NCBI GenBank assembly: GCA_965223305.1
Contig: CBDCWT010000007.1
Location: 36,465-100,464 of the forward strand
DNA: 64,000 nt
Source: Pirellulaceae bacterium
Lineage (GTDB): Bacteria; Planctomycetota; Planctomycetia; Pirellulales; Pirellulaceae
Direction: 5' to 3'
Shown: in pieces, positions 58,021-64,000 of the stretch
Position numbering within the stretch: the stretch's first letter is position 1
Layout of the letters: every line of letters starts with the position of its first letter
Notes under the pieces: model-generated
What the model saw: only the letters and a program-made list of their open reading frames with translations
What the model was told of the DNA's origin: nothing
Databases searched by the model: none
Position numbers and translations under genes: made by a program

Positions 58021-58059
58021 GCTTTCCAGCATTCACTTCGGCGCGCTGCAACGCTGGGC

Positions 58060-58647
58060 TTAGCCCGTGGCCATCCGTTCCATCTCGAGTAGGTCGCAGG
58101 CGCGATCGAGCAGACGATCGACCGCGAACGGCTTTTGCATGAAGTCGTTCGCGCCCGCCTCCTTCAGATCGGCGATCTTGTCCTGTTCGACCATTCCCGA
58201 GATGCAGATGATCTGCACGGCTTCGAGTGAGCTGTCGCTGCGAACACGCTGGCACACTTCCTTGCCGTTAATGTCGGGTAGCATCACATCCAGAATCACG
58301 ATATCGGGACGGAACTCCTTGACGAACATGCCAGCGTCAAAGCCGTTGTTAGCCGTCCGGATGTCGAATCGGCCATCCTTAGCAAAGACGTCAACCAGCA
58401 GCTCGACCAGCTCTTCGTCGTCATCGACGATCAGGACTTTCCGCCTGCCGCTCTCCAGGGCGTCGGTGGGGATCCCGTTGTCCTTCATGAACTGGAACAG
58501 CTGGTCCCGCGGGATTCGCCGAAATCGGCTGCCGGGCACTCGGAAGCCCTTCAGCGTTCCGTTATCAAAGCACCGAATGATAGTTTGTTGGCTGACCTTG
58601 CAGATCCTAGCCGCTTCCCCTGTAGTAAAGACGGTTTTCGTAGTCAT
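58060..58647 (-). CDS. Response regulator with an N-terminal MerR/excisionase-type HTH and a C-terminal receiver domain
   Basis: HTH TTGEAARICKVSQQTIIRCFDNGTLKGFRVPGSRFRRIPRDQLFQF. REC domain (KVLIVDDDEELVELL...DIVILDVMLPDINGKEV). Start placed at MTTKT. Confidence 0.7.
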   Translation of the reverse strand: MTTKTVFTTGEAARICKVSQQTIIRCFDNGTLKGFRVPGSRFRRIPRDQLFQFMKDNGIPTDALESGRRKVLIVDDDEELVELLVDVFAKDGRFDIRTANNGFDAGMFVKEFRPDIVILDVMLPDINGKEVCQRVRSDSSLEAVQIICISGMVEQDKIADLKEAGANDFMQKPFAVDRLLDRACDLLEMERMATG

Positions 58648-59022
58648 GTCCGGCACCTTCCCTCCTAGCCGATGGTCGGACCAGCAAAAGGTGAGAGTCC
58701 AGAAGCGACGGCCGCGATCCGTCCTCAACCTCCGTGGAGTGCCACGCGTTGCTAGTCCCTAGCTCCCTCGTTAAACAAGACTTCGCGGCGTGCGTAAACC
58801 GCACACCTTTCTGGACTGCTCCAGCCGATCGCTTCGTCATAAACCTGTCAAGATTACCGATCTTTCACAGACGCCCGAATTATAGCGACCTGCGAGTGAC
58901 AGTCAATATTGATTGAATCGACATAAGGTGAACGTAGATTAGAACTTGTGGCTAACTGAACGAAAACGGAAGTTGGACATCGACCGCGGAAGGTGGCGTT
59001 CGACGAGCCGTCGCTCGGCGCT

Positions 59023-60861
59023 CTAGGTCGGCCGATTACCCTCCAAGTGGGTCAGCAGCAGGGCCAGATCGGCGGGTGTGATCCCGCTGATGCGGCTGGC
59101 TTGATCCAGGCTCACCGGTCGGATCTTGGAGAGTTTCTCGCGCGCCTCCATGCGCAGATGACTGATGGTGTGAAAGTCGAGGCTGGAGGGAATCCGCTTG
59201 TTTGCCAGCCGTTGCTGCCTGCGAACCTGAAGTTCCTGGCGTGCTACGTAGCCGGCGTATTTGGTGTCGTAAACCAGCTGCTGAACGACTTCCGCCGGGG
59301 TTGCGGCAAGGTCAGGATAGGCTTCGACGAGGTCGGCCCACTGTGTTTCCGGGCGCCGCAGGAATTTGGAGAGCGTGACACCCTGGTAGCGCCGCTGATC
59401 GAGCAGCTCTTGCACGCGATCGATTTCGGCCTGCTTCTGCCGGAAGCGCTGCCACCGCTCGGCGCCTACGAGTCCCAGCTGGCGGCCAAGGGGTGTCAGT
59501 CTCCGGTCGGCGTTATCTTGCCGCAGCAGCAACCGATACTCGGCGCGACTGGTGAACATCCGATACGGTTCATCCACTCCACGGGTCACGAGGTCATCGA
59601 TCAGCACGCCGATGTATGCCTGATCGCGAGTGAGAATCACGGGCTCATCGCCGCGGACTTGGCGGGCCGCGTTCAGGCCGGCAACCAGGCCCTGTGCCGC
59701 CGCCTCTTCGTAGCCGGTCGTTCCATTGATTTGGCCGGCAAAGTACATGCCCGAGACTTGCTTGGTTTCGAGCGAGGGCCAAAGTTGGTCTGGTGAGCAG
59801 AAGTCGTATTCCACGGCGTAGCCGTAGCGCATGATTTGGGCCCGCTCCAGGCCTGGAATGAGCCGAAACATCTGATCTTGAACGTCGCGCGGCAGGCTCG
59901 TTGAAACGCCGTTGACGTAAACCTCGTGGGTCTGCCAGCCTTCCGGCTCGAGGAACAGCTGATGCTGTTGTTTACCGGCAAAACGCACTACCTTGTCTTC
60001 GATGGACGGGCAGTACCGCGGCCCGCTCGAGGCGATCTGCCCGCTGTACATCGGCGCTCGGGCTAAGTTGGCCTGGATCAGCTGGTGAACCTTTTCATTT
60101 GTCGAAGTGATCCAGCACGGCATCTGCTTTGTTGGCAATTCGTCGGTCAAGAACGAAAACGGTTGGGGCTGTTCGTCGCCTGGCTGTAACTCTGTCCGCT
60201 CGAAGTCGATCGTGCGGCCGTTGAGGCGCGGCGGCGTTCCTGTCTTGAATCGCTCGAGCCGAAACCCGAGCTGGCGCAGGGCGCCGCTGATCCCCGCCGT
60301 AGTTCCCTCCCCTGCCCGGCCGCCCGGTGTCCTGACCTCGCCGCTGTGCATGACTGCTTGCAGGAACGTGCCGGTGGTGAGGATCACTGCCGGCGCCCGG
60401 TAGATGACTTGTCCGGCGACACGCACTCCAACGATCCGCAGTCCACCGTCGCACTGCTCTGTCAGCAGGTCTTCGACGACTTCCTGGCGGAGGCTGAGGC
60501 CAGCCTGTTCCTCGACCAGCCGCTTGACCTCCTGCTGGTAGGCCCGCTTGTCAGCCTGGGCCCGGGGGCTGTGCATGGCGGGTCCCTTGCGGCGGTTTAG
60601 CAGCCGGAACTGAATCCCAGTGGCGTCGATCGCGCGGCCCATGACGCCTCCCAGCGCATCGATCTCGCGCACAATCTGTCCTTTGGCCACGCCTCCAATC
60701 GCCGGATTGCAGCTCATCTGAGCTACGGTATCTAGGTTGGTGGTCAACAGGGCGACCTGGGCGCCCAATCGCGCTGCGGCGAGCGCCGCTTCCGTACCGG
60801 CGTGACCTGCGCCGACGACCAGCACATCGTACTCGTACTCGACTGGGTTCATCGGCCTCAT
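59023..60861 (-). CDS. mnmG: tRNA uridine 5-carboxymethylaminomethyl modification enzyme MnmG (GidA)
   Basis: FAD-binding motif [22 protein letters not shown]. MnmG/GidA conserved core. Start at [13 protein letters not shown]. Confidence 0.9.
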   Translation of the reverse strand: MRPMNPVEYEYDVLVVGAGHAGTEAALAAARLGAQVALLTTNLDTVAQMSCNPAIGGVAKGQIVREIDALGGVMGRAIDATGIQFRLLNRRKGPAMHSPRAQADKRAYQQEVKRLVEEQAGLSLRQEVVEDLLTEQCDGGLRIVGVRVAGQVIYRAPAVILTTGTFLQAVMHSGEVRTPGGRAGEGTTAGISGALRQLGFRLERFKTGTPPRLNGRTIDFERTELQPGDEQPQPFSFLTDELPTKQMPCWITSTNEKVHQLIQANLARAPMYSGQIASSGPRYCPSIEDKVVRFAGKQQHQLFLEPEGWQTHEVYVNGVSTSLPRDVQDQMFRLIPGLERAQIMRYGYAVEYDFCSPDQLWPSLETKQVSGMYFAGQINGTTGYEEAAAQGLVAGLNAARQVRGDEPVILTRDQAYIGVLIDDLVTRGVDEPYRMFTSRAEYRLLLRQDNADRRLTPLGRQLGLVGAERWQRFRQKQAEIDRVQELLDQRRYQGVTLSKFLRRPETQWADLVEAYPDLAATPAEVVQQLVYDTKYAGYVARQELQVRRQQRLANKRIPSSLDFHTISHLRMEAREKLSKIRPVSLDQASRISGITPADLALLLTHLEGNRPT

Positions 60862-60986
60862 CGTACGCCAATCAGTACGCCGTGTTAACGCCCGTGCAAC
60901 GGCTGCCGAGATCGAGGCGAGGTCACTCGGATTGAGGTCACTTGGGTTGTAGCCGGCCGGCTCCCGCTTGCCACCCGCACTCGAGA

Positions 60987-61697
60987 TCAAGCTTGATCGC
61001 CAGGTTGGCCGTCCGGTACCGACTTGCGCGTGATCCACTCACTGTTGTCCGGCGGCGCACCATCTCGATTGACTCGACCGACAGAAGTCACCAGCTGTAG
61101 TACCAGTTGGGTGAGGCCGATCACGATCAGGCTCGAGAAAAAGACCAATGCCACTGTTTGAGGCTGTAAGCCGCCGACGGTTTTGGTTTGCAGGAAACTC
61201 AGCAGCAGGCCGTAGCCGACAAGCAGAGTCTTGAATTCGGTTGGTCCGAAGCGAGCCAAAGTGAACTCACCGATCATCTTGGCTCTGATATTGGTCAGGT
61301 TGGCGGTCGCATACAGGCCAATGACTGCGACCAAGCCCAGGTCAAGCCGCTGGCACGAGATCGCGAGGCCAACGAGCCAGTATGAGAAGGACAGCGGGTC
61401 GAAGAAGTGGTCTAGCAGTTCCCCACCGTTGCGGCATTGTCCAGTAGCCCGCGCGTGAGTTCCATCTAGACAGTCGGCCAGATGGTTGCCGGCGACACCG
61501 CAGGCGACACCGATTCCTCCCCACCAGTGGCTGGTCGAGTAGGCGAAGCCCACCGCGGCCACGATGGCCAGCAGGTGTCCGGCAATCACAATCGCCTCGG
61601 GCGGCAAGGACTGGGGAATCGGCAGCCACCTGTAAAGGGACTTTAGCGGCGTCGTCAACCAAGGGTCCAGCAAGCTGTGGGAGACGCGCTTGGTCAC
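60987..61697 (-). CDS. CDP-alcohol phosphatidyltransferase family protein
   Basis: D-G-x2-A-R...G-x3-G-x3-D-x3-D motif ([26 protein letters not shown]). Multi-TM. Confidence 0.7.
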   Translation of the reverse strand: MTKRVSHSLLDPWLTTPLKSLYRWLPIPQSLPPEAIVIAGHLLAIVAAVGFAYSTSHWWGGIGVACGVAGNHLADCLDGTHARATGQCRNGGELLDHFFDPLSFSYWLVGLAISCQRLDLGLVAVIGLYATANLTNIRAKMIGEFTLARFGPTEFKTLLVGYGLLLSFLQTKTVGGLQPQTVALVFFSSLIVIGLTQLVLQLVTSVGRVNRDGAPPDNSEWITRKSVPDGQPGDQA

Positions 61698-61761
61698 GGG
61701 AGATGGGTGGTTGGTCGTTGAGATCGTGAGAGGTGGGCAATAGGGCCCGGCGGGCGGTGAA

Positions 61762-62052
61762 CTACGCTTCTACGGATACGCCCTTCCAGAAAGCCACAAA
61801 GCCCGCGATCCGCTCGGCTTCCGGTTTCGGAGATGCGTAGTACCACGCAGCGTCTTCGTTGGTTTGGCCGTCGACGTCCAAGTGGTAGTAGCTGGCTGTT
61901 CCTTTCCAACCACAAACCGAGGTTGTCTCGCTGGCTCGAAAGTACTCGCTGCGAATTGCCCCGGGAGGAAAGTAGTGGTTCCCCTCGACGACTTCCGTCT
62001 GATCGCTCTCCGCAACTACGGCTCCATTCCAAATGGCTTTGGCCATGTCCAC
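61762..62052 (-). CDS. DUF427-domain protein
   Basis: MAKAIWNGAVVAESDQTEVVEGNHYFPP...WKGTASYY...AAWYY, the characteristic DUF427 signature. Confidence 0.7.
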   Translation of the reverse strand: MDMAKAIWNGAVVAESDQTEVVEGNHYFPPGAIRSEYFRASETTSVCGWKGTASYYHLDVDGQTNEDAAWYYASPKPEAERIAGFVAFWKGVSVEA

Positions 62053-62308
62053 ACCTCAATTTTGCTGCACGATAAGTTGTTCGGGTCGAAACTGCCGCTG
62101 GTCCGGGGCTGAGCCGCTTTTACGCCTTTCAGCTAGTTCGGCGCTTGGCGGGGGCTCCGTCTTGGTCCAGAATGTGACTTGTTGCCGCCCTGAGCGCTCG
62201 GCGCCCGTTTACGCAGGTGAATGATATCACACGGGCCCATCTGTTCCAGCTGCCCCCGGAGGGCCCTGGCTGGGAGCGGCCTAGGGTGGCGGCTGTGGGG
62301 AGTGTGTT

Positions 62309-62887
62309 TTGGCCAACGGTTGTCATTTGGTGCGTGTCGGAAGCATGGGACAGGTGGGACGCTTTGCGGCCACTGACGGGGCGTGCTACGCGCGCCGCTC
62401 ACGCGTGGTCTGCCGGACCGCCCGCGGCCTGGAGGTCGGCGAGGTGCTTGGGCCCAGTGCGGGAACGGTCGACTCCTGTGACGGCCGCCTGCTGCGCCGT
62501 GTAACCGTACAAGACGAGTTGCTGATCACCCGCATCGAACGCCGCAGGAACGTTGCCTTTCAAGCCTGCACGGCGCTCTTGGCTAGCGAAGGCGTGCCGG
62601 CTGTGCTGGTGGATGTGGAGCATCTGTTCGACGGACAGTCCCTGTTTTTCTACTTCCTTGGCGAGACCCCACCCGAAGCGGCCGCGTTGACTGATAGGTT
62701 GGCCGAGACCTACGAGGCGGAGGTACAGTTTCGCAGCTTTACTGAAACAGTGGCCGTCGGCTGTGGCAGCGATTGCGGTACCGAAGGCAGCAGTCGATGC
62801 GGCAGCGGATGCGCCACGTGTGCCGTCGCCGGCACGTGTGCTGTGCAGGCTCAAGAGACTCGTTTTCGTGCTCGCAACAAAGCTTGA
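62309..62887 (+). CDS. PSP1 C-terminal domain protein (RicT/YaaT-like) with a C-terminal Cys cluster
   Basis: VRVGSMGQVGRFAA...YARRSRVVCRTARGLEVGEVL and VDVEHLFDGQSLFFYFLGE...LAETYEAEVQFRSF parallel B. subtilis YaaT. A CGSDCG...C...C...C cysteine tail follows. The start may be the internal Met at 62345. Confidence 0.55.
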   Translation: MANGCHLVRVGSMGQVGRFAATDGACYARRSRVVCRTARGLEVGEVLGPSAGTVDSCDGRLLRRVTVQDELLITRIERRRNVAFQACTALLASEGVPAVLVDVEHLFDGQSLFFYFLGETPPEAAALTDRLAETYEAEVQFRSFTETVAVGCGSDCGTEGSSRCGSGCATCAVAGTCAVQAQETRFRARNKA

Positions 62888-62889
62888 GC

Positions 62890-63200
62890 AAGTAGATGGG
62901 CCGGAACAAGCGGCGCCGCAGTTGGTGATTTCTCGCAAGGCGTGACCGCGCCGTTCCGGCGGCACGGGGTATCGTTTCGTGTTCAGCACCTGCCGGAACA
63001 GCGCGGCGGGTAGTCGTACACCAAGAAACGCTCTTTGCTTCGCTCGTTCCGGCCTACCCCACTACCCCACCTGCTCGTTCCGACCTACCCCACTGCCGGA
63101 ACAGCGCGGCGGGTAGTCGTACGCCAAGAAACGCTTTTTGCTTCGCTCGTTCCGGCCTACCCACTACCCGCTCGTTCCGGCCCACTACCCCACCTGTCCA
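62890..63200. repeat. Repeat family C, about 2.5 units
   Basis: gggccggaacaagcggcgccgc...gccggaacagcgcggcgggtagtcgtacaccaagaaacgctctttgcttcgctcgttccggcctacc, repeated. Confidence 0.8.
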
Positions 63201-63234
63201 CTACCCGCTTGTTGTTGGGCGACTCGTTGGCAAC

Positions 63235-63900
63235 TCACGCATCCACGAGATCCCAGACGAACGTACGCAGGTCCGCGGGACATTCTTCCTTGTGCAGCGC
63301 TTTGATTGCCTCGAGGAGCCAGGGAGACTGGCTCGCGGCGGGCAGTGCTTTGCGGAGCCAGCTTGCAGCTCCGCCGAGCGGTGCGAGGAAAACTCGCTGC
63401 TGCTTGAGCTCCTCGAGCAGGTCCTCGACCCAGCTGCGCAGCTCCGGGGGCAGTTGGGATAACGTACCCAATTCGGCTAGGTTCCACGACAGTTGGGCTT
63501 CCTTCAGCTCCTCGCGCGACAAGGCGGCGTCTGCGGAATCGTCCTGATCGTGGAACTGATCGAGAAACTCTTCAAGTTGTTGAGTGTTTGTCGCCAGCGT
63601 CCGCTGATCTAGCTTTCCTTCTAAATGCTGCGCTAATCGCTCCCGAGTCGCCAGCCAGGGGCGGGGTGGCGCATTCCCCGTCGTGGCCTCGACCAGACTA
63701 CTAAATCGTCGCTCGTCCTGGAAAACCTCAGGTCCGGTGACCACGGTCAGTGGAATCCCGGTCTGCCTGAGCAAACCGGTGACGCGCGCGAGTTGGGGCG
63801 CGCCATGCGCATGGACGAAACGCACTGCCCCCTGCTCCGGCCGGCGGGCTGCAATTGCCTCATAGACTAGTGCGTCGAGGCCCCTCGGCACCACCACCAC
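63235..63900 (-). CDS. Hypothetical protein
   Basis: 221-aa ORF with typical coding composition and no recognised motif. Confidence 0.35.
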   Translation of the reverse strand: MVVVPRGLDALVYEAIAARRPEQGAVRFVHAHGAPQLARVTGLLRQTGIPLTVVTGPEVFQDERRFSSLVEATTGNAPPRPWLATRERLAQHLEGKLDQRTLATNTQQLEEFLDQFHDQDDSADAALSREELKEAQLSWNLAELGTLSQLPPELRSWVEDLLEELKQQRVFLAPLGGAASWLRKALPAASQSPWLLEAIKALHKEECPADLRTFVWDLVDA

Positions 63901-64000
63901 CTTCTTATGGAACAGGCAGTTAAGCGCGTTCTGGCTCGCCAGCAGCGGGTGGCGCGCCAGCCCTGCCGAGACGTCTGTTGGGACAGGAATCAGGCTCGGC

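Noticed and set aside
1-64000. tRNA and rRNA genes in intergenic regions.
   Set aside because: Scanning the spacers found no T-loop (GGTTCGAATCC-like) or cloverleaf-compatible segments and no rRNA-like conserved blocks. Intergenic space is explained by the repeat families.

Overview
High-GC (about 60-65%) bacterial chromosome segment. Gene content points to a Planctomycetota-like genome: a DUF1570 HExxH protein, standalone GspE_N-domain proteins, a Tat-signal Gfo/Idh/MocA oxidoreductase, a hopanoid cluster and PQQ beta-propeller lipoproteins. Most of the window is housekeeping. Conserved blocks include dapF; the operon xseA-xseB-ispA-dxs; nadK; dnaA (without dnaN); nnrE; guaB; the hopanoid cluster shc-hpnH-hpnG; a dapA-family lyase; an nhaC antiporter; a histidine kinase and a response regulator; mnmG; and a CDP-alcohol phosphatidyltransferase. 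Two things stand out. First, several families of short dispersed repeats (MITE-like or REP-like) fill almost every long intergenic region, sometimes nested inside one another. One family forms a 3-copy tandem array of about 208 bp. Another is a 174-bp element with perfect 16-bp terminal inverted repeats (TIRs) that enclose a 51-codon ORF. Second, there is a small accessory island at about 22.2-27.5 kb. It carries a degraded tyrosine-recombinase plus IS91-family transposase pair (two in-frame nonsense codons and one frameshift). It also carries an IS4/IS1380-like transposase fragment. It ends in an orphan RHS C-terminal tip bearing an unrecognised cysteine-rich domain, followed by a low-GC convergent gene for a small membrane protein that may be its immunity factor. 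Other candidates for poorly described biology follow. One is a fusion of an SPFH (COG4260/YdjI-like) domain to a YbjN-like domain; it lies in a two-gene cassette bracketed by inverted repeat copies. Another is a cytosolic protein with a diadenylate-cyclase (DAC) domain in which the RHR motif reads RHW; it is convergent with a REC-fused RsbW-like kinase. A further one is a DUF374 acyltransferase gene interrupted at a G6 homopolymer. No rRNA, tRNA or CRISPR array was found by eye.
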